A stretch of 64,000 nucleotides of DNA. Source: Euglena gracilis (taxonomy: Eukaryota). The translations under genes were made by a program, and so were the position numbers. The stretch lies in assembly GCA_039621445.1 (NCBI GenBank), contig CP154954.1, positions 9,054,634 to 9,118,633 of the forward strand, written 5' to 3'. Below are positions 1 through 9,617 of the stretch, piece by piece. Positions within the stretch are counted from its first letter, which is position 1; each line of letters opens with the position of its first letter. The notes beneath the pieces are model-generated. The model worked only from the letters and a program-made list of their open reading frames with translations, was not told the origin of the DNA and searched no databases.

Positions 1-165
1 GGGGAGCAATTCGTCTAACAACTCCTTCTGCACGTCGGGGACTTCGGGACTGCTGGCAGTGGGCTTGTTCTCGTCACAATGCATTGCAATGGGGTTGTTG
101 TCGTCACAGGCTTGAGAAGCAGGTGTCGGTGGACCAAAAGGGGAGACCTCCCCCTTTCCAGCCAT
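1..165 (-). CDS. Partial ORF running off the window start (MAGKGEVSPFGPPTPASQACDDNNPIAMHCDENKPTASSPEVPDVQKELLDELLP...), product unknown
   Basis: ATG at 165 on the minus strand, 15 nt after a degenerate SL copy. The frame is open to position 1. Its ATACATGGC start context is also found after the + strand SL. Confidence 0.4.
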   Translation of the reverse strand, partial: MAGKGEVSPFGPPTPASQACDDNNPIAMHCDENKPTASSPEVPDVQKELLDELLP

Positions 166-180
166 GTATATGCGGAAACG

Positions 181-208
181 CGAAAAAAATAGACGCGAAT
201 CAGAAAGT
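181..208 (-). other. Degenerate spliced-leader exon copy
   Basis: Minus strand reads ACTTTCTGA-ttcgc-GTCTATTTTTTTCG versus SL ACTTTCTGA-gt-GTCTATTTTTTTTCG. No GTATA intron follows. Confidence 0.7.
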
Positions 209-249
209 AGATTAGGAATCACGCGAAAGTTAGCACATGACATAAAGAG

Positions 250-275
250 ACTTTCTGAGTGTCTATTTTTTTTCG
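250..275 (+). other. Euglenid spliced-leader exon (26 nt) at the 5' end of a retroelement
   Basis: ACTTTCTGAGTGTCTATTTTTTTTCG matches the Euglena SL exon as I recall it. It is followed by CAAAATACATGG rather than the SL intron donor GTATA. Confidence 0.92.
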
Positions 276-345
276 CAAAATACATGGCGGACAATTGAAA
301 GCCCCTGGTGGGGACAAACTAAGCCAAGAGTTCAACTATCATCGC

Positions 346-423
346 AAGTCCTGCTGGTGCAGGCAGAAGAAGTCCTGCTGGTGCAGGCAGAAGCTGAAGT
401 CCTGCTGGTGCAGGCAGAAGTCA
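346..423 (+). repeat. Three copies of AAGTCCTGCTGGTGCAGGCAGAAG
   Basis: Direct tandem copies read from the sequence. Confidence 0.85.
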
Positions 424-508
424 AGTACAAGTACAATACCAGAAGTCAAAGGTACAAGCTCAAGACAAGACATTCAAGAACCCAAGTCCTTGGGCTTCTC
501 AGCCCTTA

Positions 509-3500
509 TTGGTCTTGCTGCTGCAGAACTTCACCATGCTGCTGTTGGCTGTATTGGGCCTGAAAAGGCCCCCCCTGCTACAGGGCCTGAAAAGGCCCCT
601 TCAACCACTGGGCCTGAAAAGGCCCCCCCAGTTTTTGGGCCTGCAAAGGCCCCCCCAGTTTTTGGGCCTGCAAAGGCCCCCCCAGTTTTTGGGCCTGCAA
701 AGGCCCCCCCAGTTTTTGGGCCTGCAAAGGCCCCCCCCTTTGGGCCTGCAAAGGCCCCCCATCTGCCAACCATTAAGTGGAACTTTCAGCTCCAGTGTCT
801 TCTTTTCGGTGTTCTGCATTGCATCCCAAACTTCTGATCAATTGAAGTGGCAAACCCCCAGTTTTCACAGCACATGTTACACCAAAAGCTCTGACACATT
901 TTGCTGCAGTTTTGACTTGACATTGAGAAACATTTTGCCACCCCAACCCCTCAGTGACACTTTTTGCAGCAGTTTTGACTTGACATTGAAAAACATTTTG
1001 CCACCCCAACAGTGTCCTGCAAAGTCACTGGGCCTGCAAAGGCCCCCCTGTGACACCATTTCGGTCTGTTGCACCATTTTGCCCCAGTGGCCTGCAAAGG
1101 CCCTGGGCCTGCAAAGGCCCCCCTGTGACACCTTTTTGTCCTGTTGCAGCATTTTGTCCCAGTGGCCTGCAAAGGCCATGGGCCTGCAGAGGCCCCCCCC
1201 TGACACCATTTTTGCTCTCAGCCTGAAAAGCCCCCGACAAACTGGCAAACCATGTTCCTCCACATTTTGGACATTTTGGACTGCAACAGTGGCCCCCCAG
1301 CCAGACAGCACATCCACTTTTTGGTCTGCAACACTGGCCCCCCAGCCAGCCAGTTCTGCGGGATTCTACTGGCCTGCAACCTTCCCACCTCAGCAAAATA
1401 AACCGGACAACCCCCAGGTTCCGCCTCCGCTGACCAGAAGAAACCACCCAACGTTGGCCAAACAAATAAAAGTGCTGGTGCCTTACGTTTCTGCGAAAGA
1501 CAGCACACAGCCTACCCTACCAGCATCGGGAGGGGCAGGCCGAGGTCGGTCTTTACTGACCTGCGGGGACATTGAGAGTAACCCCGGGCCTCCTACAACC
1601 CCACCATCTGTTCCGGGTGAAGATATTGACATGGCGCCAGCATCACAAACCTCAATAACTCCTGCTGCACCGCCGCCCGCAGAGCACCCTTCGGTGTCGG
1701 GTGAGGACGTTGACATGGCGCCAGCTTCACAAATTTCCATCCCCCCATCCGCACCACCACCCGCAGTGCCACCATTGGAAAGGGGATCTTGGTTCCCAAA
1801 TCTGCCGGGTCCATTGTTCTTTGGCCAACAAGGCCTCCCCTCAATGTGCTCCACGGTCATCATGGAGAACCCAATTGGCACACAAGGACCAGGACCCTTC
1901 CCTCCGTCAGATGTTGGGGCCATTTGGATGCAAGCAAATCAGGCGACGCCCTTCCTGAACTTCTCCAACCTCCCTTTGGGTGCCAGCTCTTCATCCTCAG
2001 TGGCAACGACCGCAGCAGCATCGTCACTAGCCCTCGCGGGACCCCCACCAACCTCGGTGGCAACAACCGCAGTAGCATCGTCACCAGCCCCAGCCAGACC
2101 CCCACCAACCCCCATTGGCCAAAATCACATTGCCGGGGTTACGCCATTCTCTGCTCCATGCCCACCATCCCTTCATCCCACTTTTGAGGAAATTTCTTTT
2201 GATGATCGGGGCACCCTTGTATACCTGCCGCGTGGAGCCCTCCTGAATGTCAATCAAACCTACCTGCAATTGTTGAGGCATTTCAACAGGGAACCCGGCT
2301 GGGAAACCCTGCACGCCTTGTGGGCCTTCCCCAAAGCGGTGCTCTGCCCTTTGCAGCGTGGCGGGCGATCGAACTGGGCGATGGTGGGGAGAAAAATTGC
2401 AGACCGAGCTCGCCTGTATCTCATCCGTCCTGTGTTTGATTCTTGGTTGGACTCCAGTCTCCCACAAAAGCCACAAGGCAGACAGACAAGGCAAAAAACA
2501 GCACTCGCTGCCAAGGCCACCGAAGAACGGTTTCTTTCCCGCATTGAAAGCCTTGTTGGCCACGGGGCTATTTCAAAAGCCTGCCGAGAGCTCACCTCTG
2601 AGGGGGTTCAGAACAGCAATGACCCAAAAGTGATTCAAAGGCTGCGTGACCTTCACCCACCAGAGCCTCCACCGCGCATCCCGGTGTCCGACCCTTCCCA
2701 AACGATCACCTTTCCTTCGGACCCAGAAAGCACAAAAGAACGATTGCAAAATTTGCGCAAAGCCATATTCGGGTTCCCAAAGGAATCCGCACCGGGTCCT
2801 TCTGGCCTGAGACCTGACCACCTCAAGGCCATGGTTGGAGACTACCCAGGGGCTTGTGGAGATGACCTCCTCGAAGGGCTTGATACCTTCATCTGTCGGG
2901 CAATTACAAACGGTGTTCACCCCGGCATGGCCCCAATTCTTTCCTCAGCCAGGTTGACACCTCTGCGAAAACAGAACAAACAAACAGCAATGGAAGAGGA
3001 TGCTTTTGGAAACCTTGTGGAGAACACGGTGTGTGATGAAGACACTCGCCCAATCGCAGCAGGTGAAACCCTTCGCCGATTGGTTGGCAAATGCCTCATG
3101 CGTCATCCCACAGTGGTAAATGCTTTGAAAGAACTGAGTCCTCCACAATGTGGCGTTGGTGTGCCGAATGCTTGTCCACTGATCGCAATGGGAATCCAAC
3201 AAATGGTGGACACTTTGCACGCAGACAGAGACAATCACTGGGGGCTGCTTCAAGTGGATTTCAGGAATGCCTTCAACTCTTTGTCACGGGAAAAAATCCT
3301 GCAATCTATCCGTAGACGATGCCCAGAAGTGTGCCCTTGGCTGGATTCGTGCTACGCCCAACACAGCAAGCTGTATTGTGGAAACCATTGTCTGCCTTCC
3401 CAGAGGGGGGCTCAGCAAGGCGACCCATGTGGACCAGCAGCTTTCGCCTGGGGAGTGCAAGACCTTTGTGAGGGCCTCTCACCGTTGGTTGAATGGCAGG

Positions 3501-5104
3501 GATGGTACTTGGATGACGCCCATCTGCTGGGATCCCCAGCCCAACTGCACAATGCCCTTGCCTTCCTGATTCGCGAGGCAGCCGCGCTTGGGTTGGCCGT
3601 AAACCCTGCAAAATGTCGATTGTGGGGACCAGCGTTCACATCAACAGAAGGCGTCCCTTGCATTCCCCCTGGCACGCCACACGACAGCCCCTTACATCAA
3701 ATACCACTGACCGCCTTTGTTGCTGGTTCTGGTTTGAAAGTTTTGGGGGTCCCTGTCCACCACCCCCAAGATGACCGCTTCTGTGACGAAGTTTGGAATA
3801 AGCGCATTGCAGACATCCGACGTTCTTGCACAGTACTTCAGCACCTACCTCAATCGCATGTGCAATTCACCTTGCTTCGTTTTTGTTTATCTGCTTGCAA
3901 AGTGAATGACCTCTTGCGCGCCTGCAAAATCACCTCTGCAACAGCGGCATGCAAGACATTGTCGGGAATTATTCGGGAAACATTCAGTGGCATGGTCGGC
4001 TCCCCTTGCACTCCAGAAGAATGGTTGCAAGTTTCCCTGGCCATCAGATGCGGTGGACTGGGGATCTCGGATCCACTATTTCAACGTGTGCCAGCCAGAT
4101 TGTCTCAAGTGGTGGACTTCTGTCGAAGAGCTCCCTCTGTCTTGGGCCTGCCCGCTGCCTTGGACATCCTTCCCAAAGACACTGATGATTGTTTACGGGC
4201 AGCCCTCAATGAACTTGGTCAAATAGCCCCACTGCCACAATGGGCCACTGACAAAAATTTGATCCCTCAGGCACAGTCTCCACACAATTCACAACGTTGG
4301 TGGAATCAGCAGAGCATGCTTGCCCGCCAGAAAACACTTCGGGACACATTGAATGGACCTGATGCTGTACGCTTTGCAAGCCAATGCCAACCACACGCTA
4401 TGGCATGGGCCGCTTTGACACCATCTCAAGGACTCCGCACCCTGTTGCCCACGGCTGAATTCCGCTGCACAGTTCGTTGGTCCCTTGGAATGACTCTCAC
4501 ACCAATGGAATCCGATCCCAACCTCTGTCCCAAATGCTTTGGACAATCAGATTTTCTCGGACACCACCTCGTTTGCTGCAAATCAAACTTCATCACCCGG
4601 CGGCACGGGGCGGTACAAGATTTTCTGACAACCACAACACAGAAGGCAGGATTTACAGCCCGTAAAGAACAACGAGCTGATGACCGTTCCCGGCCTGGGG
4701 ATATCTTCATTCCTCGCTTGGACAGTGATGGACCCGTTGCAGTGGATGTGACAATCCGCCACACCCTTGCGCAAAGTCATCCGCTGCGAAGTGCAGTTTC
4801 ACAATGGCAAACACGTCAAGAGGCCGAAAAGCATGCCAAATATGATACAACATGCCAACGACTGGGCTGGCGGTTGACGCCATTCGTCATGCCACCCTCC
4901 TCAAGGCCCTTCTGGGGCAGCGGGAAGGGTGGCAGCGGCGGGCCGCAGAAGCAGACATTTGGCAAGGCCTGTCCTTCACACTTATCAGAGAAATCAGCAG
5001 ACAGCTCGTTTGGAGCTTGTATTCTTCCAAAGATGAGACCCTGTCTTCTGCCCACTCACCCTATTCTGTCATTCTGTCTCAAGGCCTTTGAGCACAAACT
5101 CTGA
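509..5104 (+). CDS. Non-LTR polyprotein: repetitive leader, 2A-like peptide, RT, Zn knuckle, RLE endonuclease (first in-frame ATG at 536; C-terminus shifts frame near 4890)
   Basis: RT motifs RPIAAGETLRRL, QCGVG, DFRNAFNSLSR, GAQQGDPCGP, WYLDD, LGVP and GGLG. Zn knuckle CPKC..HHLVCC. RLE motifs RHGAV, RPGDIF, VDVT and EKHAKY. The typical RLE tail (WQGLSFTLIRE) lies in the 4852-5091 frame, implying a small deletion. Confidence 0.9.
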   Translation: MVLLLQNFTMLLLAVLGLKRPPLLQGLKRPLQPLGLKRPPQFLGLQRPPQFLGLQRPPQFLGLQRPPQFLGLQRPPPLGLQRPPICQPLSGTFSSSVFFSVFCIASQTSDQLKWQTPSFHSTCYTKSSDTFCCSFDLTLRNILPPQPLSDTFCSSFDLTLKNILPPQQCPAKSLGLQRPPCDTISVCCTILPQWPAKALGLQRPPCDTFLSCCSILSQWPAKAMGLQRPPPDTIFALSLKSPRQTGKPCSSTFWTFWTATVAPQPDSTSTFWSATLAPQPASSAGFYWPATFPPQQNKPDNPQVPPPLTRRNHPTLAKQIKVLVPYVSAKDSTQPTLPASGGAGRGRSLLTCGDIESNPGPPTTPPSVPGEDIDMAPASQTSITPAAPPPAEHPSVSGEDVDMAPASQISIPPSAPPPAVPPLERGSWFPNLPGPLFFGQQGLPSMCSTVIMENPIGTQGPGPFPPSDVGAIWMQANQATPFLNFSNLPLGASSSSSVATTAAASSLALAGPPPTSVATTAVASSPAPARPPPTPIGQNHIAGVTPFSAPCPPSLHPTFEEISFDDRGTLVYLPRGALLNVNQTYLQLLRHFNREPGWETLHALWAFPKAVLCPLQRGGRSNWAMVGRKIADRARLYLIRPVFDSWLDSSLPQKPQGRQTRQKTALAAKATEERFLSRIESLVGHGAISKACRELTSEGVQNSNDPKVIQRLRDLHPPEPPPRIPVSDPSQTITFPSDPESTKERLQNLRKAIFGFPKESAPGPSGLRPDHLKAMVGDYPGACGDDLLEGLDTFICRAITNGVHPGMAPILSSARLTPLRKQNKQTAMEEDAFGNLVENTVCDEDTRPIAAGETLRRLVGKCLMRHPTVVNALKELSPPQCGVGVPNACPLIAMGIQQMVDTLHADRDNHWGLLQVDFRNAFNSLSREKILQSIRRRCPEVCPWLDSCYAQHSKLYCGNHCLPSQRGAQQGDPCGPAAFAWGVQDLCEGLSPLVEWQGWYLDDAHLLGSPAQLHNALAFLIREAAALGLAVNPAKCRLWGPAFTSTEGVPCIPPGTPHDSPLHQIPLTAFVAGSGLKVLGVPVHHPQDDRFCDEVWNKRIADIRRSCTVLQHLPQSHVQFTLLRFCLSACKVNDLLRACKITSATAACKTLSGIIRETFSGMVGSPCTPEEWLQVSLAIRCGGLGISDPLFQRVPARLSQVVDFCRRAPSVLGLPAALDILPKDTDDCLRAALNELGQIAPLPQWATDKNLIPQAQSPHNSQRWWNQQSMLARQKTLRDTLNGPDAVRFASQCQPHAMAWAALTPSQGLRTLLPTAEFRCTVRWSLGMTLTPMESDPNLCPKCFGQSDFLGHHLVCCKSNFITRRHGAVQDFLTTTTQKAGFTARKEQRADDRSRPGDIFIPRLDSDGPVAVDVTIRHTLAQSHPLRSAVSQWQTRQEAEKHAKYDTTCQRLGWRLTPFVMPPSSRPFWGSGKGGSGGPQKQTFGKACPSHLSEKSADSSFGACILPKMRPCLLPTHPILSFCLKAFEHKL
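556..1196 (+). repeat. Array of GGGCCT-GNRA-AGGCCC hairpins in 27-bp and 75-bp tandem units
   Basis: Units at 556, 583 and 610 have a GAAA loop. Units at 637, 664, 691, 718, 742, 1030, 1089, 1105 and 1163 have GCAA. The unit at 1180 has GCAG. Confidence 0.9.
1532..1591 (+). other. 2A-like (StopGo) peptide GAGRGRSLLTCGDIESNPGP
   Basis: Canonical D(V/I)ExNPGP motif, very close to T2A (EGRGSLLTCGDVEENPGP), in frame with the RT ORF. Confidence 0.85.
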
Positions 5105-7556
5105 ACCAAATAACCAACCTTGACTTGAACTCTCACCTGCCAAGTTTTTAACCCGTAGTTATCCCCTGAGCAGAGCAGAGCCACACGCCGAGCCAAAGAC
5201 AAATCCATGGATCACATACACACGCAGAGAAGCAAAACACAACAAAAGCCAAAACCCGACACAAACACGCCATTCGGTGGCATCCCCGCCCAATATATAT
5301 TGAAGGTGACCTTTGCTCATCTTCCGCTAACCACTGACCTCCACAACAAGTTCACAACTAGAGTAGGAACGGACGACAAGGGTAGGAAAAGTGAAAACCA
5401 AAGATTTTGTCATTTTACGAATGGAGCTTGAATGTGTCGAATTATCACAAAGTATTCACCAAGCATTGTCTTTATTTTTTCTCAACAATTTCTCGGATTA
5501 GCTTCAGGAGATTTCCAAATCCAAACTTTGAACACGACATTTTTGACAGTTGACACTCAGAAGAACTTCCAAAAAATAGTCGCATTAAACGTCCTTTGAC
5601 GGTTCGAGGAGCTTTTTCTTGGACAACACCGCGAAGGAGGGACTTTGTTTCCCCTCCGATCAGTGGTGAGCCAAGTGGTGGGAAATTGACAGGCGTTGCC
5701 CGTGGCGGAGCGAATAACAGATAAAGCAGGACGGGCGTGAAGGCGGGGGCGCCGAGCCCGCGCCAGCCCCGCCCTCGTGCCCAGGGCACAAGGGCGGGGC
5801 GGGCACGGGGCCTATGCGCTTTCGCTTTCGGGGGAGCGCCGCTACTTGACAGGCGTGTGGTGGCTGCCAAAAACGCTTTTGCCCCCCAGCCGTTTTTTTC
5901 ACCTCTCTTCCGACCCCATGGGGGCCCAAAAAATGGTTTTTCACGGGCGGGGAAGGTCGATTTTACGCACGATGTGCCACCCACTCGGGAAAATTTTTCG
6001 CAGATTTTCCCTCAAGATTCTCTCCGCCGGATGGAGACGTTGGCTGCGCCGGCAGGCACCGTTTTTTTTTCTCCCTCCCTTTGCTATATTTCCCTTTTTC
6101 TGACAGGTGTTTGCGCACAGTTTCTGGAACGCTTTGATTTGGGAAACCACTGGGGGTTTGTCGTGCGATTATTTTTTAGTAAGTTGTTTCGCTGTTGTTT
6201 TTTCGTCTTCCCCTTGCTGTCTTTTTCGGACATAAAACCCTGCAAAGTTCTCAAACCTAGTATGTATGTTCAAAGAAAATAACCCATGAACAAAGCCCCC
6301 CAAAAAACAATCCTGCAGTTCGGACAAAACATTTTAAAAAGCTGCGTTCACTGAGGATGAAAGGAAATGCTATCGCGATAGCCGTTCAAAAGAAACCCAA
6401 TTTGCACAAATAGCGCACACCCCAAAACACACCCAGAATGAAATGCAGAAAAATTCCAACATTTCAAACTTTTTTCCATGTCCAACTGAAAAATGTTTCA
6501 CAAACATTGTGCAGTGAAAACATGAAATTGAACTCTAATTCACACACAAGAAATTTGTTTCGAAAACACTCACACAGGAAAAATGACAGAGACACATTTG
6601 CAAAACACAACAATGCAGCAGAAAAAAAACAGGTGCTGTGTTCAATGCAGCAGTTACAAACAACGTTTACCTGCCTTGCTTCTCCTTCCCAAGTCATCAG
6701 AATTCTCCTGCTTCTCTGTTCTTAGTTTCTCTCAATTCAGCTGAGGAAAAGACATGCATCCAAACACACAATTGCACTGTTCACCCCCCGGCTTTTGACA
6801 ATTGTCAACAATAAACACACTCAATGTGTCAACTGTAATGTGACGTTAGCCACAAATGATGGCACAGAAAATACCCACAGAAAGAGGAAAACATGAACAG
6901 GCTTTGACAGAACCCATGATGCCACAGACATTTGACAGATGCAGATGCAGAGACAGATGCAACACAGACATTTGATGCAACAGCCACAGACATTTCATCA
7001 AAAAGTTTTTTGCTAACAGTGGAAAAGGTCAAAATAGCCAACTTTCACTGTAAATGATCATTTCACCAGAACAAAAACAAGAAGCAACAGGGATCATACC
7101 TTCAACTGCAAAGATGCTCTGCAAAAACAGCACAGTTCGCATTTTCTACAAAAATTCCGGATCTCAATGGTAAAACAAATTTCCATAGTAAAATAGTGCC
7201 TTTTATTGGTTGGGCCTGGATCTAGATGGGAAAAACAATCAGACAATCACAAACCTCTTGCTCTCTCTGACAATCACAAACCTCTGTGTGATTCTGCATC
7301 GCCGGCGGTCGCGGCCGCCCGTCTGACGAATGGGAACCCGATCTCCCGCTACCAGGCGAGTTACAGAGAAATTCAAATATCAGCGGGTGCAGTTTAGGAA
7401 TGCGCATCACATATCTGACGGGCGGCCGATCTGAGGTTTGGAGCCTTGCCCAAAGGCGCCGGAGCCATCAGCAGACGCTCAAGACGATTGGGAATCGGTG
7501 GACAAAGTTTCAGCCGAGTTCATCGATTCCCAACACTACCGTTCCCCAGAACTCGT

Positions 7557-7600
7557 GGATCCGCGAAGCAAGCGAAGACATGGGAATGGACAACACACCC
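7557..7600 (-). repeat. Split direct repeat B2
   Basis: Identical to 7789-7832. Confidence 0.9.
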
Positions 7601-7695
7601 AAAGGTGGCGGCAGCGTTCTTAGCTGGTCAGCTATCGTACAATACCTCAACGGGGACACGATGGAGCATCAGTGGTCAGCTGAGGTGGTGTGGAG

Positions 7696-7832
7696 AGTGT
7701 TCTTCCTTCGTGAAAGGCACTAGAGGGATAGTGGAGGGTATCTTTGATGCCTAATTGCCTGTCGCGGATCTGGCGATCAGAGATCGTAGGATCCGCGAAG
7801 CAAGCGAAGACATGGGAATGGACAACACACCC
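7696..7832 (-). repeat. Internal B1-A2 junction (B1 7789-7832, A2 7696-7792)
   Basis: A2 is identical to 13355-13451 and B1 is identical to 7557-7600. They overlap at GGAT. Confidence 0.9.
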
Positions 7833-7836
7833 GCCG

Positions 7837-9357
7837 TCATCCGTGGAGCATGCCGATGAGGCGGCAGCGGTGGAAGGATTGGCAGAGTGAGGCGAATCTG
7901 TCTTCGACTGATTGGTTTGGGAGTGATAGGTGGGGGGAGAGGTGCCATCGAGAGATTGGGTCGGCTGGTTGAATGGAGGAAGGGCACCATAGGAGATGGG
8001 CAGTGAGTTTGGTACGGATAATGAAGTTTAGCAAGCGGCGGAGGTCCTTACACAGGGATTGGTTTGACAGGGAGGGGGTAAAGTGGGAGAGGAGGTGCAG
8101 GGTGGAGACATTGTCACCAACAATGGTGCAAGGGTGGAGACCAGTGTTATAGGCGAAGTGGACGGCCTGTTCCAGGGCGAGTAACTCGGCACGTTGTTGG
8201 GAGATGGATGGGCAATGAATACGTTGGATGCGGCAGCCGACGGTTGGGCAGTAAAGGCCGATTTGGCAGCCGCTGGCGGAGATGGCGGCGTCGACGAAGA
8301 TCAGCGGGTTGAAGAAGGAAGGGGGGATGGCGTCGACAGCCTGCCATGGCGTAAGGCCTTGCAGGAGGAGGTGAAAGAGGGCCCGTCGGAGTTTGGGGAA
8401 AGCGTGGTCTATACGACCAAGGGTGTACTTTGTGAGGTACCACCCCCGAAGGAGCAGTGTTGTTCCGCGGTGTGGGCGGTGGTACCACAACATAAAGCCG
8501 GTGAGGCGGTCGATGACCTGGGGATGGAGGGGCATAAACGTGCAGAGAAGTGAGAGGGCGAGTGCTTTCTGCTCTGTGGCGGCGGTGTTTCCGATTGTTC
8601 GGTGGCAGAGGTTGAACACCTTTCCCAGCCATGTGATAGCCTGTGTGGGTAGGAGCGAGGATTTGGGGGAGATGAGGAGGTTGCATGATCGAAGGGTGGA
8701 GGTAATGGTATTGGTGACAAGGCTGCATAGGGTGTGCGATGGGGCGAGGATAAGAATGTCGTCATAATAGGTGAAGATGAAGAAGTGAGTGCCGTGGTGC
8801 AACGTGGGAGGGAGGGAGGAAACAGCGCGGTTAATAAGATCTTGGAGTGTGAGTTGGGCAAGTACAGGGGAAAGGTTCCAGCCAAACGGGAGGCAAGGGA
8901 AGTAGAAGGATGCGGTGCGGAAGGCGTATTTGGCAGCGGGGGGGAGTTCGAGGCTCCAGAAAAAGTTGGTTAAGTCGATGGTGGTGGCCCAGAGAGTGCC
9001 AGGGGGGAACCTGGAGATGGTTTCGGAGATATGGGACAGGGATGGGAGGTGGAAGGGGGGAGGCTCGGAAAAGGTGTTAGCCCAACGTAAGTCGGCAATG
9101 AAGCTGACTTTGCTGCTGTTTTTGGGGTGGATAAAGGAAGCAAGGTTGGAGAAGGGGTGGAAGTCCCCGGAGGGTGGTGGTAGGGGGAGGAGGAAACCGT
9201 CCCGTGCCAGGGAGTGAAGGAGGATCACGGTGAGTGGGGATGGGCGTCGTTGAAGGGAGGGTGGCGGCGGGTGTCGGAGGAGGGTGCGGATGAGGGTGGG
9301 GGGCACAACAGAATCCCAGATAGGTGGGGGGATGGCGTATGAGCCGCGTTGGCCCAA
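7837..9357 (-). CDS. Reverse transcriptase / RNase H (DIRS/VIPER type); true start may lie upstream
   Basis: RT motifs IADLRWAN, TIDLTNFFW, LPFGWNLSP, YYDDILIL and WLG. RNase H motifs FVDAA, QRAELLAL, VGDN and PADPISR. Confidence 0.92.
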   Translation of the reverse strand: MGQRGSYAIPPPIWDSVVPPTLIRTLLRHPPPPSLQRRPSPLTVILLHSLARDGFLLPLPPPSGDFHPFSNLASFIHPKNSSKVSFIADLRWANTFSEPPPFHLPSLSHISETISRFPPGTLWATTIDLTNFFWSLELPPAAKYAFRTASFYFPCLPFGWNLSPVLAQLTLQDLINRAVSSLPPTLHHGTHFFIFTYYDDILILAPSHTLCSLVTNTITSTLRSCNLLISPKSSLLPTQAITWLGKVFNLCHRTIGNTAATEQKALALSLLCTFMPLHPQVIDRLTGFMLWYHRPHRGTTLLLRGWYLTKYTLGRIDHAFPKLRRALFHLLLQGLTPWQAVDAIPPSFFNPLIFVDAAISASGCQIGLYCPTVGCRIQRIHCPSISQQRAELLALEQAVHFAYNTGLHPCTIVGDNVSTLHLLSHFTPSLSNQSLCKDLRRLLNFIIRTKLTAHLLWCPSSIQPADPISRWHLSPHLSLPNQSVEDRFASLCQSFHRCRLIGMLHG

Positions 9358-9617
9358 GCCGCGGAGCGCGAGTTCCTTGGGGGGTGGAAGGGTTGGGGTT
9401 ACTGTAGTATTTTAGTATGAGGAGGAGGAGCCAGTTGATGGAGAGGAGGGAGAAGAGGAGGGAGAGCAGGCGGCCAGTTGTCAGTTGTATGAGAGAATCC
9501 GTGCGCAGGTCGGTGAGGACGTGGAAGAGGAGGCGGAGGAGATGGTACAAGCATCGTCGGGAAACGGGGTGGGGTAAGGGGAGTTTTGAGAGTCGACCAG
9601 CGAGGCCCCACAGTGTA

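Larger units (their letters stand above)
250..5290 (+). mobile_element. CRE/SLACS-like non-LTR retrotransposon (RT plus restriction-like endonuclease); 3' end approximate
   Basis: One long ORF with RT and C-terminal Zn-knuckle/RLE motifs, a repeat-rich 5' region and an SL at the 5' end. No target-site duplication was found. Confidence 0.85.

Noticed and set aside
556-760. Regular 27-bp palindromic repeats resembling a CRISPR array
   Set aside because: The intervening sequences are about 11 nt and mostly identical, no cas genes are present, and the array lies in a eukaryotic retroelement leader.
259-837. 192-aa ORF with GPAKAPPVF repeats
   Set aside because: It starts at a GTG inside the SL and is an alternative frame of the tandem repeats, with no independent support.
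5552-5562. GACACTCAGAA, an 11-nt match to the SL reverse complement near the CRE 3' end
   Set aside because: Too short, and in the wrong orientation for a target-site duplication.
5400-7250. CpG-poor segment with a GC-rich island, as a gene or transposon
   Set aside because: No recognisable ORF, TIR or TSD could be established.
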